NCBI GenBank assembly: GCA_902773325.1
Contig: CACYDW010000173.1
Location: 11,315 to 75,314, forward strand
DNA from: an uncultured Ruminococcus sp.
GTDB lineage: Bacteria; Bacillota; Clostridia; Oscillospirales; Acutalibacteraceae
DNA: 64,000 bases
Reading direction: 5' to 3'
Positions 45,308 to 55,420 of the stretch are shown piece after piece. The position numbers were made by a program, and so were the translations under genes. The stretch's first letter is position 1, and the number at the start of each line of letters is the position of its first letter. Below the pieces are notes generated by a model. That model was not told where the DNA came from. It did not search any database and was given only the letters and a program-made list of their open reading frames with translations.

Positions 45308-47074
45308 TTGACTAAAGGAATCATAACTAAGGTTGCAGGTCCTCTGGTAATTGCAGAGGGTATGCGTGACGCAAATATGTTTGATGTTGTTCGTGTAAGC
45401 AACCAGAGGCTGATCGGTGAGATCATTGAAATGCACGGCGACAAAGCATCTATTCAGGTTTATGAAGAAACCTCGGGTCTTGGTCCCGGCGAGGTAGTGG
45501 AATCCACCGGTGTACCGCTTTCCGTTGAGCTTGGCCCGGGTCTGATTGGTTCAATCTATGACGGTATTCAGCGTCCGCTGAATGAGATCATGAAGGTTGC
45601 GGGCAATAACCTGACCCGTGGTGTTGAGGTGCCTTCTCTCGACCACAAGAAAAAGTGGCATTTTACTCCTGCTGTCAAAACGGGCGACAAGGTATCAGCA
45701 GGCGATTGTCTTGGCACGGTAAAAGAAACCAATGCGGTTGTTCATAAAATTATGGTGCCTAACAAGATTTCCGGTACTGTCAAAAGCGTAAAGGAAGGCG
45801 ACTTTACAATCGATGATACTGTTGCAGTTCTCGATAATAACGGCAAAAAAGAAAATATAACGATGACAGTCAAGTGGCCTGTGCGTGTCGGCAGACCCTA
45901 TAAACGCAAGCTCTCACCGGATATTCTCCTTACTACCGGACAGAGAACCATCGACACGCTGTTCCCGATTGCAAAAGGCGGTGTTGCCGCTGTTCCCGGA
46001 CCGTTCGGCTCCGGAAAAACGGTCGTTCAGCATCAGCTTGCAAAGTGGGCGGCAGCAGATATTATCGTATACATCGGCTGCGGCGAACGCGGCAATGAGA
46101 TGACGGACGTTCTTAATGAGTTTCCGGAGCTGAAAGACCCGAGAACCGGCAATTCACTGATGGAACGTACCGTACTGATTGCCAATACCTCCGATATGCC
46201 CGTTGCAGCACGTGAAGCCTCCATTTATACAGGTATTACTATTGCGGAATATTTCAGAGATATGGGCTTTACGGTAGCACTTATGGCGGATTCTACCTCA
46301 CGTTGGGCAGAGGCACTCCGTGAGATGTCCGGACGTCTGGAAGAAATGCCCGGTGAGGAGGGCTATCCTGCCTACCTTGGCAGCCGACTGGCACAGTTCT
46401 ATGAAAGAGCCGGCCGTGTGATTGTTAACGGAACAGGTGACACCGAGGGTGCGCTTTCAGTAATAGGCGCGGTTTCTCCTCCGGGCGGCGATATTTCGGA
46501 GCCCGTTTCACAGGCAACTCTGAGAATCGTAAAGGTGTTCTGGGGACTCGATGCCAATTTGGCATATAAGCGGCATTTTCCGGCTATCAACTGGCTGACA
46601 AGCTATTCACTTTACACAGATCAGCTTCAGAAATGGTTTGCACAGAATGCTTCTGAGGACTTTATGGAGCTGCGCGGCAGACTGATGTCTTTGCTTCAGG
46701 ACGAAGCCGAGCTGCAGGAAATCGTCAATCTTGTTGGTATGGACGCTCTTTCTGCCAATGACCGTATGAAGCTTGAAACGGCACGTTCCATTCGAGAGGA
46801 CTATCTGCACCAGAATGCTTTTGACCCGGTAGATACCTATACCTCTCTTAAAAAACAGGTTCTCATGATGAGAGCTATTCTCCTGTGCTATGATAAATCC
46901 GTGGAAGCTCTGAAGGATGGTGCAGATATTGACCTCCTTGTCAATATTTCCGTCAGAGAGCGTATCGGCAGACTGAAATATGAGGACGAGAAAAACATTG
47001 ATGAGGAGTTTGACTCGATCAGTGCGATTCTTGATAAAGAAATCAAAGACGTTATCGAAAGGAGTGAGGACTGA
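45308..47074 (+). CDS. ntpA: V-type ATPase catalytic subunit A
   Basis: '[16 protein letters not shown]' is present, the Walker A is 'GPFGSGKTV', and '[11 protein letters not shown]' follows. The TTG start at 45308 follows a GAGGTG RBS. Confidence 0.92.
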   Translation: MTKGIITKVAGPLVIAEGMRDANMFDVVRVSNQRLIGEIIEMHGDKASIQVYEETSGLGPGEVVESTGVPLSVELGPGLIGSIYDGIQRPLNEIMKVAGNNLTRGVEVPSLDHKKKWHFTPAVKTGDKVSAGDCLGTVKETNAVVHKIMVPNKISGTVKSVKEGDFTIDDTVAVLDNNGKKENITMTVKWPVRVGRPYKRKLSPDILLTTGQRTIDTLFPIAKGGVAAVPGPFGSGKTVVQHQLAKWAAADIIVYIGCGERGNEMTDVLNEFPELKDPRTGNSLMERTVLIANTSDMPVAAREASIYTGITIAEYFRDMGFTVALMADSTSRWAEALREMSGRLEEMPGEEGYPAYLGSRLAQFYERAGRVIVNGTGDTEGALSVIGAVSPPGGDISEPVSQATLRIVKVFWGLDANLAYKRHFPAINWLTSYSLYTDQLQKWFAQNASEDFMELRGRLMSLLQDEAELQEIVNLVGMDALSANDRMKLETARSIREDYLHQNAFDPVDTYTSLKKQVLMMRAILLCYDKSVEALKDGADIDLLVNISVRERIGRLKYEDEKNIDEEFDSISAILDKEIKDVIERSED

Positions 47075-48444
47075 TGCCAAAGGAATACCGTACAATCAAG
47101 GAGGTAGCAGGTCCTCTGATGATGATAAGCGACGTTGAGGGGGTCACCTATAACGAGCTTGGTGAGATCGAGCTTCCCAACGGCGAGATCCGCCGCTGTC
47201 AGGTGTTGGAGGTTAACGGCAGTAATGCGCTTGTACAGCTTTTTGATTCTGCTGCGGGTATCAATCTTGCACAGTCAAAGGTGCGTTTTATCGGTAAGTC
47301 CATGGAACTGCCCGTGTCGGGTGATATGCTGTCAAGAGTATTTGACGGTCTTGGCAACCCGATCGATGACGGTCCTGCCATCATTCCCGAAAAGCGTCTG
47401 GATATCAACGGTACGCCTATGAATCCCGCTGCCCGTGACTATCCGCAGGAGTTTATTCAGACGGGTATCTCGGCAATTGACGGACTCAACACACTCGTCA
47501 GAGGGCAGAAGCTGCCTATTTTCTCGGCTTCCGGTCTGCCTCATGCACAGCTTGCCGCTCAGATCGCAAGGCAGGCGGCAGTAAGAGGAAAAAATGAACA
47601 GTTTGCGGTGGTATTTGCTGCAATGGGTATTACCTATGAGGAATCGGATTATTTTATCCAGTCCTTCCGTGAAACCGGCGCGATCGACAGAACGGTTATG
47701 TTTGTCAACCTTGCTAATGACCCTGCTATCGAGCGAATTGCTACACCGCGTATGGCATTGACCGCTGCCGAATATCTTGCATTTGACCTCGGAATGCACG
47801 TTCTTGTTATCATGACCGATATTACCAACTATGCTGATGCACTGCGTGAGGTATCTGCGGCACGTAAGGAAGTGCCCGGCAGACGCGGCTATCCCGGTTA
47901 TATGTATACTAACCTTGCTACACTCTATGAACGCGCAGGCAGACAAAAGGGTAAGGCGGGTTCTATTACGATGATCCCGATTCTGACCATGCCTGAGGAC
48001 GATAAGACACACCCGATCCCCGATCTGACAGGCTATATCACAGAGGGACAGATTATACTCAGCCGTGAGCTGTACAGAAAGGGTGTCACACCGCCAATTG
48101 ACGTACTTCCGTCGCTTTCACGTCTGAAGGATAAGGGTATTGGTGTAGGAAGAACCAGAGAGGATCATGCAGCAACTATGAATCAGCTTTTCTCTGCTTA
48201 TGCAAGAGGAAAAGATGCACGTGAACTGATGATCGTACTCGGTGAAGCGGCTCTGACAGATATAGATAAGAAATATGCTGAGTTTGCAGAAGCCTTTGAG
48301 CAGGAGTATGTTTCTCAGGGCTATACAACGAACCGTTCTATCGAGGATACGCTCGATACCGGTTGGCGGCTGCTCCATATTCTTCCAAGAAGTGAGCTGA
48401 AACGTATCAAGGACGATATGCTCGATAAGTATTACGGCAAGTAA
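47074..48444 (+). CDS. ntpB: V-type ATPase subunit B
   Basis: '[15 protein letters not shown]', 'SASGLPH' and '[12 protein letters not shown]' are present. It overlaps the subunit A stop as TGATG. Confidence 0.92.
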   Translation: MPKEYRTIKEVAGPLMMISDVEGVTYNELGEIELPNGEIRRCQVLEVNGSNALVQLFDSAAGINLAQSKVRFIGKSMELPVSGDMLSRVFDGLGNPIDDGPAIIPEKRLDINGTPMNPAARDYPQEFIQTGISAIDGLNTLVRGQKLPIFSASGLPHAQLAAQIARQAAVRGKNEQFAVVFAAMGITYEESDYFIQSFRETGAIDRTVMFVNLANDPAIERIATPRMALTAAEYLAFDLGMHVLVIMTDITNYADALREVSAARKEVPGRRGYPGYMYTNLATLYERAGRQKGKAGSITMIPILTMPEDDKTHPIPDLTGYITEGQIILSRELYRKGVTPPIDVLPSLSRLKDKGIGVGRTREDHAATMNQLFSAYARGKDARELMIVLGEAALTDIDKKYAEFAEAFEQEYVSQGYTTNRSIEDTLDTGWRLLHILPRSELKRIKDDMLDKYYGK

Positions 48445-48456
48445 GGAACTGTTCAT

Positions 48457-48603
48457 CAATAACTTTCCATTTTTGCTTGTCTGATTTGCCCTGTACTGCG
48501 TTGCACTCCCTTGAAATACGGCAGTGTTCCTGCGGTCGTGCGCCTTGTACAGTGCAAATCATCCTAAGCATCAATTGAAAATTTATTTCTTCACAGTTCC
48601 TAA
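48457..48603 (+). repeat. 147-nt structured intergenic repeat, copy 1 (between ntpB and ntpD)
   Basis: It aligns without gaps to 57149-57295, with 8 mismatches in 147 nt by hand alignment. The orientation is the same. It begins 13 nt after the ntpB stop and ends just before the ntpD RBS. Confidence 0.9.
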
Positions 48604-48618
48604 TCAAGGAGAGTTATC

Positions 48619-49278
48619 ATGGACATTATGAATGTAAACCCTACCAGAATGCAGATGACAAAGCTCAAAAAGCAGCTTGTTACTGCCAAAAGGGGACATA
48701 AAATGCTCAAGGATAAGCGTGATGAACTGATGCGTCAGTTTATTGAGCTTGTGCAGGAGAATAAAAAGCTGCGTGATAAGGTTGAAGCAGAGCTTGCAGC
48801 GTGTAATGCCCACTTTGTGAATGCCGGTGCTGTCATGAGCAAAAAAGCTCTTGATTCTTCTTTGATGTCGTCCAAACAGCAGACCGGCGTTGAGGTCGCT
48901 TCTAAAAACATCATGAGCGTTGATGTTCCCATGTTTGAAACGGTGAGCAAGAGCGAAGATGAGGGTGATATTTTTCCCTACGGTTTTGCTTTTACCTCTT
49001 TTGAGCTGGATGATGCGGTATCTTCACTGGGCGCATTGCTGCCCGACCTGATCAAGCTTGCCGAAATCGAAAAAAGCTGTGAACTGATGGCTGCCGAAAT
49101 CGAACGTACACGCCGGCGCGTTAATTCGCTGGAGCACGTAATGATCCCGAGGTATGAGGATACCATCAAATATATCGCAATGAAGCTTGAAGAAAATGAC
49201 AGAAGCAGCCGTACCCGCCTGATGAAGGTCAAGGATATGCTGCTCGAGAAAGCGCATCACTATTCGGAAAAGGAATGA
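48619..49278 (+). CDS. ntpD: V-type ATPase central-stalk subunit D
   Basis: 'NPTRMQMTKLKKQLVTAKRGHKMLKDKRDEL' and the C-terminal 'RRVNSLEHVMIP' are present. An AAGGAGAG RBS precedes it. Confidence 0.9.
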   Translation: MDIMNVNPTRMQMTKLKKQLVTAKRGHKMLKDKRDELMRQFIELVQENKKLRDKVEAELAACNAHFVNAGAVMSKKALDSSLMSSKQQTGVEVASKNIMSVDVPMFETVSKSEDEGDIFPYGFAFTSFELDDAVSSLGALLPDLIKLAEIEKSCELMAAEIERTRRRVNSLEHVMIPRYEDTIKYIAMKLEENDRSSRTRLMKVKDMLLEKAHHYSEKE

Positions 49279-49291
49279 TGATGTGCTGCTG

Positions 49292-49336
49292 AAAAAAGTG
49301 CCCCGAATGCAGGATATACATTCGGGGCACTTTCTG
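49292..49336. terminator. Bidirectional terminator
   Basis: gtgccccgaatg / cattcggggcac is a 12-bp perfect stem, flanked by AAAAAA and TTTCTG. It lies between convergent stops at 49278 and 49343. Confidence 0.7.
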
Positions 49337-49342
49337 TAGTTA

Positions 49343-50533
49343 TCAGCTGTTTCTTCTCATTCTGCGTATTTTTACAGCCTCTTTGTAGGTTTTTATGTAT
49401 TTATCTGCCATTTCTGTATCGTTTGTATCCTTGAGTGTACTCCTTACCAGACGTCTGAGATGACCTTTGTTTTTTTCGTTTAAGGTGGAGAATTTTTTCA
49501 GGTACTTTACAAAATCCGATTGACTGTTGTATACAAAGCCGTTGACGCCGTTTTTGATCATGTTGTAAACGTATTCTTCCTTATCCTCCTTGATCAATAC
49601 GGGCAGTCCGCATGAAATTGCTTCCAGACAAGACATAGACATCAGTCCGTCCTCAGATGAACATACATAAATATCACAGGCAGAATAAATACCCGGCATT
49701 ATGCTGTGTGACTGAGCACCGATAAAGAAAACCATCTCCTGAATTCTGAGCTTTTGTGTCAGCTTTTTCAGATGCGCCGTTTCTGTACCGTCACCAACAA
49801 TCAGGAGTTGTATGTTGTCTTTAGGTTTGATGTTCTTTGCAAATGAGGTCAGAATAAATTCCAGATTTTTATCGACCGAAAGGCCACCGGCAAATATAGC
49901 TATGCAGGCAGTGGGGGAAAGTCCATAGCGGGTTCTTGTTGCCTTGATATCCGATGGGGAAACGCCCCTGTAATCAAAGCGCACGGAATCGGTATTGCTT
50001 TGTATCATCTTGACCTTGCAATTCCTTCCGGCAGTATTGACAAACGAAGATGCACGGCTGCACGAAGATGTAATAATTTCAGCATTATCGATCATATCTA
50101 AAAAATGCTGTTTTTCAATTCTGGTTTTAAGACGCCATGTCAGCCGATTTTCTGATGCAAAGCGGTCGTTAAAGTAATCATGAATGGTAAACACTACCGG
50201 CAGATCCAGCGCATCTGCTACAAACAGTCCGAGATAACCGATTTTTGTATCGGTGTGAATATGGACAATATCCGGTTTGAATTTTTTGATAAAACCCAGT
50301 TCTTTTGGATTCAGATACTCAAGACTGCATTCATACCCATAGATATTGTTTGATTTTTTTGCCGGCAGAAAAATAACGTTGCTGCGAAATATCGCGTCGG
50401 TTACATGCGTGTCTGATGTTACGATCAAAACATTGTGTCCAAGCTTTTCGAGTCCTTTTTTCAAAACATCTACGTAACTGGAAATACCGCATATATAAGG
50501 AGAAATAACCTCCGTGAAAATCATGACCTGCAT
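49343..50533 (-). CDS. GT4-family (GT-B) glycosyltransferase
   Basis: The N-terminus is 'MIFTEVISPYICGISSYVDVLKKGLEKLGHNV'. The C-terminal region contains 'CLEAISCGLPVL' in an EX7E-like context. Its G+C is visibly lower than that of its neighbours. Confidence 0.75.
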   Translation of the reverse strand: MQVMIFTEVISPYICGISSYVDVLKKGLEKLGHNVLIVTSDTHVTDAIFRSNVIFLPAKKSNNIYGYECSLEYLNPKELGFIKKFKPDIVHIHTDTKIGYLGLFVADALDLPVVFTIHDYFNDRFASENRLTWRLKTRIEKQHFLDMIDNAEIITSSCSRASSFVNTAGRNCKVKMIQSNTDSVRFDYRGVSPSDIKATRTRYGLSPTACIAIFAGGLSVDKNLEFILTSFAKNIKPKDNIQLLIVGDGTETAHLKKLTQKLRIQEMVFFIGAQSHSIMPGIYSACDIYVCSSEDGLMSMSCLEAISCGLPVLIKEDKEEYVYNMIKNGVNGFVYNSQSDFVKYLKKFSTLNEKNKGHLRRLVRSTLKDTNDTEMADKYIKTYKEAVKIRRMRRNS

Positions 50534-50948
50534 AATACTATCACCGTTGAAAAAAATATCGTGTCAGGAGATTCCCGTGTATTGCAAGGAGTGTCCGGAA
50601 TACAGACAGCCTGCAAAAGGTTCTACTGCTTTAGTTTATTATAGCATAGATCAGCTACTTTCAAAAGTGTTTTTTAAAAGAATCTAAAATAAATATATTA
50701 TTTATAAAAATTGCTTTAAATTTATTATAAAGTAGTGTATAATGTATATAATTCGGTGTTTTGTACCCTTTTCTATTATTATAAAGATATTGATAATCTG
50801 TAATAGTTATAGTAGGCGACAAAAATATTCTTACTTAGAGTGATGTCCCAAGGGGTGTGGGGGCGACCGGAAAGCCAACACGGTCAGACTATAATCTATC
50901 AAAGTATAAAAAATAATGTCGTTTACTATAAAAACGGAGGTGCTTTTT

Positions 50949-51911
50949 ATGGAAACCAAATTTTCCGTATCATTAAAAAAAATAATTGATGAGCTTGATC
51001 TTACCGTTGCTTATATGCCGTCATCTCCTGAGGATATCAGCGTGTCATCCAAGGATATCACCAGACCCGGTCTGGAGCTGACAGGCTTCCTTGATTTCTT
51101 CGATAATTCGCGGATCATGCTTTTCGGCAATACTGAAAACAGCTATCTGAACAAATTCAGCTCCGAACAGCGATACCATGTTATTGAAAGGTTGTTTGCT
51201 CTGATGCCGCCTGCCATTATTGTTACGCGCGGTATTGTGCCTTATGATGAACTGATGTCTGCCGCAGATAAATACAAAATACCGGTGCTCCGGTCTGCCG
51301 ATTCCACTTCCACGCTTTCTGCATCGTTGGTTTCGTTTCTGAATTCAGAGCTTGCACCTCGCGTTACAAGACATGGCGTACTTGTGGAGGTATATGGTGA
51401 AGGAATCCTGATTGTCGGCGACAGCGGTGTTGGTAAGAGTGAAACAGCTATCGAGCTTATCAAAAGAGGTCACCGTCTGATTGCCGATGATGCCGTAGAA
51501 ATCAGGCGCGTATCCAACAAACAGCTGATCGGTTGTGCACCTGCAAATATCCGTCATTTTATCGAGCTGAGAGGCATAGGTATTATTAACGCACGACGTA
51601 TTTTCGGTATGGGTTCTGTCAAGCTCAACGAGAAGATTGACATGGTGATCAATCTGGAGGTCTGGGATAATAAAAAGGTCTATGACCGCATGGGTATGAG
51701 CAATGAGATGACAGAGATCCTCGGTATTCAGGTTCCGATCCTGACTATTCCTGTCAAACCCGGAAGAAATATTGCTGTTATTATTGAGGTTGCTTCTATG
51801 AACAATCGTCAGCGCAAGATGGGTTATAATGCTGCAAGAGAGCTTTTCCAGCTTCTCGGTCTGGAATATCCGGAGGAAGAGGAAGGCGGCGTACAGCCAA
51901 TAGCGTTCTGA
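50949..51911 (+). CDS. hprK: HPr kinase/phosphorylase
   Basis: 'GVLVEVYGEGILIVGDSGVGKSETAIELIKRGHRLIADD' is present. The start at 50949 follows a GGAGGTG RBS. Confidence 0.92.
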   Translation: METKFSVSLKKIIDELDLTVAYMPSSPEDISVSSKDITRPGLELTGFLDFFDNSRIMLFGNTENSYLNKFSSEQRYHVIERLFALMPPAIIVTRGIVPYDELMSAADKYKIPVLRSADSTSTLSASLVSFLNSELAPRVTRHGVLVEVYGEGILIVGDSGVGKSETAIELIKRGHRLIADDAVEIRRVSNKQLIGCAPANIRHFIELRGIGIINARRIFGMGSVKLNEKIDMVINLEVWDNKKVYDRMGMSNEMTEILGIQVPILTIPVKPGRNIAVIIEVASMNNRQRKMGYNAARELFQLLGLEYPEEEEGGVQPIAF

Positions 51912-51959
51912 TAGTTTCATGTACAATAAAAATATACCATGATGTTATGAGGTAATACC

Positions 51960-52868
51960 ATGTTAGATCAAAAATTTATTGAATTACTTTCCGAGAATGA
52001 TGCAGAGCTTTTCTTTGATGAACCAATGAGCAAGCGGACAACCTTTCGTATCGGCGGAAATGCCGATTGTGTTTGTGAGGTTCATACGCTTACGGCACTC
52101 CGGAGCATTATGAAGCTTTGCAATGAATATGATGTTCCGTATTATGTGCTTGGGCTTGGTTCCAATCTTCTTGTTTCTGATCAGGGTGTGAGGGGACTGA
52201 TGATCAGGCTCACCGGCGAATTTAACGATATCACCCTTAAGAACGATAACATCGTTTGCTGCAAAGCCGGTGCGACACTTGCAGGACTGTGTGTGTTTGC
52301 ACGTGACAGAAGTCTGAGCGGTGTGGAATTCGCGTGGGGCATTCCCGGCTCGGTGGGCGGTGCGGTGTATATGAATGCAGGTGCCTACGGCGGTGAAATG
52401 AAAGATGTTGTTATATCCGTAACCTGTGTTGACAAAAACGGATGTATCAGAACCTACACCGGTGAAGAACTTGATTTTTCCTATCGCCACAGTGCTTTTT
52501 CCGATACCGACAGTGTGATTACGGATGTGTCTTTTCAACTGAAAAAAGGCGATGCGGCGGTAATAGCCGACCGTATGCAGGAACTGATGAATCGAAGAAA
52601 ACAAAAGCAGCCGATCAATCACCCCAGCGCAGGAAGCGTGTTCAAACGTCCCTCCGGCTATTATGCGGCGGCATTGATTGACGAATGCGGTCTGAAGGGA
52701 TATACGGTCGGAGGCGCAAACGTTAGTGAAAAGCATGCCGGCTTTATTGTAAATGACCACAATGCCTCTGCGGAAGATGTTAAAGAACTGATTAAATATA
52801 TACAAAAAGTTGTAAAAGAGAAAAAAGGAGTTCAACTCACCTGTGAAATCAGGATGATCGGTGAGTGA
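51960..52868 (+). CDS. murB: UDP-N-acetylenolpyruvoylglucosamine reductase
   Basis: 'TTFRIGGNAD', 'LGLGSNLLV' and 'PSAGSVFKRP' are present. Confidence 0.9.
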   Translation: MLDQKFIELLSENDAELFFDEPMSKRTTFRIGGNADCVCEVHTLTALRSIMKLCNEYDVPYYVLGLGSNLLVSDQGVRGLMIRLTGEFNDITLKNDNIVCCKAGATLAGLCVFARDRSLSGVEFAWGIPGSVGGAVYMNAGAYGGEMKDVVISVTCVDKNGCIRTYTGEELDFSYRHSAFSDTDSVITDVSFQLKKGDAAVIADRMQELMNRRKQKQPINHPSAGSVFKRPSGYYAAALIDECGLKGYTVGGANVSEKHAGFIVNDHNASAEDVKELIKYIQKVVKEKKGVQLTCEIRMIGE

Positions 52869-52898
52869 TAAATAGTCAATGCTGTTAGGTGATATATT

Positions 52899-53759
52899 AT
52901 GGAATTTATTATAATTACAGGCTTGTCAGGAGCAGGTAAGTCGGTTGCAATGAAAAATATGGAGGATATCGGATTTTATTGTGTTGATAATATTCCGCCG
53001 ATGCTGATATCTATTTTTTATGATCTGTGTGAGAAATCCTCGGACAAACATCTTAAGAAGGTAGCGATCGTTACCGATATCCGTTCGGGAGAGGTGTTCG
53101 ACGAGCTGTTCAGTTCGCTTGATAAGCTGAAAGCCTCGGGGAAGATCTACAAAATCCTGTTTCTTGATGCACGTGATGATGTGCTTCTCAGGAGATACAA
53201 GGAAACCCGCCGCAAGCACCCTCTCACGGATATCAGCCGCGGTTCAACCGAAGATGCGGTACGCCTTGAAAGAGAACTGCTCATGCAGGTAAAGGCGCGT
53301 GCCGATTATGTCATAGATACTTCCTTGTTATCTCAAACACAGCTAAAAGAACGGATCACTTCGCTGTTTCTGGGCAATATTGCAATGGGAATGACAGTGA
53401 ATTGCCTGTCGTTTGGCTTTAAGTACGGTCTGCCGGCAGAAGCCGATCTGGTATTTGACGTAAGATGCCTGCCCAATCCGTTTTATATTCCCGAATTAAA
53501 GACTCATACAGGACTTGAAGCCTGTGTATTTGACTATGTTATGCAGTTTGATCAATCAAAGGGTTATGCAGAGAGAATGATATCTCTGGTAGATTTCTCG
53601 CTGCCGCTTTATCTCTCAGAGGGCAAAAGTCAGCTTGTAATTGCCGTGGGCTGCACAGGCGGTAAACACCGATCTGTCACACTCACAAGAGTGCTTTATA
53701 ATCATATTCTCGAAACAGGACAGCGTGTTATTGTACATCACAGGGACGTAAGCAAGTAA
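52899..53759 (+). CDS. rapZ: RNase adapter / nucleotide-binding protein RapZ (YvcJ)
   Basis: 'IITGLSGAGKSVAMKNMEDIGFYCVDNIPP', 'DVRCLPNPF' and 'CTGGKHRSV' are present. Confidence 0.9.
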   Translation: MEFIIITGLSGAGKSVAMKNMEDIGFYCVDNIPPMLISIFYDLCEKSSDKHLKKVAIVTDIRSGEVFDELFSSLDKLKASGKIYKILFLDARDDVLLRRYKETRRKHPLTDISRGSTEDAVRLERELLMQVKARADYVIDTSLLSQTQLKERITSLFLGNIAMGMTVNCLSFGFKYGLPAEADLVFDVRCLPNPFYIPELKTHTGLEACVFDYVMQFDQSKGYAERMISLVDFSLPLYLSEGKSQLVIAVGCTGGKHRSVTLTRVLYNHILETGQRVIVHHRDVSK

Positions 53760-53775
53760 ACGGCGGTGAGCTATT

Positions 53776-54705
53776 ATGTCATTTTCAAAGGATACCAAGC
53801 AGGAGCTTTGCAAGGCTGAAATACTTACGGATGAACAGCGCACAGCATTGATTTACGGAATGTTGTTGTTTTCTCGTCCGTTTTCGGCATTATCCATTAC
53901 ATTAACTACCGAATGCCGTCATGCTGCCATGCTCTATTCGGAACTGCTTTCCTCGTATGAAGGTGTGATTGTCGATGTAAACGTTAACCTTACGCGCCGC
54001 AGAGGGAACAGCCGGATCTATACCGTTTCCATTCCTGACAGAAGTGACTGCGCAATGCTTTTTGATAAATTCGGTCATTCCTCCAGACAGCTCAGTCTTC
54101 GCATTAACCGTGCCAATATTGACAGTGATGACTGCATAGCCTGCTTTTTGCGCGGTGTGTTTATTGCCTGCGGTAACGTAACTGACCCTGAAAAGGATTA
54201 TCATCTGGAATTTGTAGTGCCGCATAAGAATCTTGCAGGTGATCTGGAGCGTATTATCTCTGAGGTTGAAGAGATCAATACCGAACCGGGTGTTATCAAC
54301 CGTAAGGGCAGCTATATTGTTTATATCAAGGGAAGCGAAAACATTGCCGATATGCTCACCTATATCGGCGCGCCGATGTCATCGCTCAATATCATGCAGA
54401 GCAAAATCATCAAATCCGTCCGTAATAACGTAAACCGTAAAATCAATTCCGAAACAGCAAACAGCAATAAAACAGCACTGGCATCTGCCCGACAGATCAA
54501 CGCAATCAGACAGATACAAAAGCATGGCTTATTTGACTCGCTGCCTGATGAGCTTCGGGAACTTGCCGAGATCCGTCTGGAATATCCCGAATATAATCTG
54601 CGTGAGCTTGGCGATGCACTTACCCCGCCGATCACCCGTTCCGGCGTCAATCACAGACTGCAAAGGCTGCTGCTGATTGCTGAGGGTCTTTTGTCTGAAA
54701 AATGA
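53776..54705 (+). CDS. whiA: DNA-binding sporulation/cell-division regulator WhiA
   Basis: The N-terminus is 'SFSKDTKQEL'. A degenerate LAGLIDADG region 'FLRGVFIACG' and the C-terminal HTH 'PPITRSGVNHRLQRL' are present. Confidence 0.88.
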   Translation: MSFSKDTKQELCKAEILTDEQRTALIYGMLLFSRPFSALSITLTTECRHAAMLYSELLSSYEGVIVDVNVNLTRRRGNSRIYTVSIPDRSDCAMLFDKFGHSSRQLSLRINRANIDSDDCIACFLRGVFIACGNVTDPEKDYHLEFVVPHKNLAGDLERIISEVEEINTEPGVINRKGSYIVYIKGSENIADMLTYIGAPMSSLNIMQSKIIKSVRNNVNRKINSETANSNKTALASARQINAIRQIQKHGLFDSLPDELRELAEIRLEYPEYNLRELGDALTPPITRSGVNHRLQRLLLIAEGLLSEK

Positions 54706-54738
54706 TTCGTTTTACTATTTCTCGGAGGTGTTCTGTTT

Positions 54739-55383
54739 ATGAGGGCTGTTTTTCTGTATCTGACAGGTTTTCTGACCGATGGTATTCCTTATGTTTTGAT
54801 CACACTTCCGTTTTATCTGATACTCCGGAGTCTTTATCTCAGTCACCAAAAGAAAAAACGACTGCACGAGGTCAATACGCGGCGTGAGGTCGTTATGTTT
54901 TTTTACTTTGTATTCATGATTCTGCTGTTTACACAGACCTTCATAGTAAATCCGGGAATCAACGATATCAATCTTGTGCCGTTCAGAATCATTATCACAC
55001 AAATCGCCAACCGAAATTACAGTTATGAAGCGAACCTGGTTTTTCTCCTCAATATAATCGGAAATATCGGTATTTTTGTTCCGGTTGGCATGTTCGTTGC
55101 CTATTTGTTCCGGACGAATTTCATTAAAACTGCTCTTGCAGGACTTTGTACTTCTTTGTTTATTGAGATCGTTCAGCTTCCGCTGGAGCGTACCAGTGAT
55201 GTGGACGATCTGATTCTGAACACTGTAGGCGCAGTAATCGGCTATGTGGTTTATAAAATGCTTTACCTGATTTATTTCAGAATGAAGAATCATTCCTCCG
55301 GGCATCAATGGCTGTTCAGGGCTGAACCTTATACAGAAGAATCTCCGAATTCCGTCTGTGGCAAAAAGCACCGCGGATCCTGA
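54739..55383 (+). CDS. VanZ-family membrane protein
   Basis: 'NLVPFR', 'NIIGNIGIFVPVGMF' and 'SLFIEIVQLPL..R.SDVDDLILNTVGAVIGY' are present. Confidence 0.8.
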   Translation: MRAVFLYLTGFLTDGIPYVLITLPFYLILRSLYLSHQKKKRLHEVNTRREVVMFFYFVFMILLFTQTFIVNPGINDINLVPFRIIITQIANRNYSYEANLVFLLNIIGNIGIFVPVGMFVAYLFRTNFIKTALAGLCTSLFIEIVQLPLERTSDVDDLILNTVGAVIGYVVYKMLYLIYFRMKNHSSGHQWLFRAEPYTEESPNSVCGKKHRGS

Positions 55384-55420
55384 GCTGTGATTCAACGGCT
55401 CGGAATCTGCGGTGCTTTGA

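Noticed and set aside
47332-48012. 226-aa minus-strand ORF
   Set aside because: It is antisense to ntpB.
48445-48603. Terminal inverted repeat GGAACTGT ... ACAGTTCC around repeat copy 1, suggesting a MITE
   Set aside because: The left arm (48445-48452) lies outside the region shared with copy 2 and has no counterpart upstream of 57149. It is therefore probably coincidental, and I saw no target-site duplication.
48407-48607. Minus-strand ORFs crossing the two repeat copies (48407..48607 and 57046..57249) as a possible conserved small protein
   Set aside because: The two ORFs read the shared sequence in different frames and give unrelated peptides, so the conservation is at the nucleotide or structure level.
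50534-50948. Possible riboswitch or sRNA in the long spacer upstream of hprK (for example the GC-rich patch gtcccaaggggtgtgggggcgaccggaaagccaacacgg)
   Set aside because: I could not match it to any riboswitch consensus I know (ykkC, GEMM, ZTP, preQ1 and others). Only short imperfect helices are present. It needs a covariance-model scan before any claim.
51984-52835. 283-aa minus-strand ORF
   Set aside because: It is almost exactly antisense to murB, and murB motifs (FRIGGNAD, PSAGSVFKRP) are on the plus strand.
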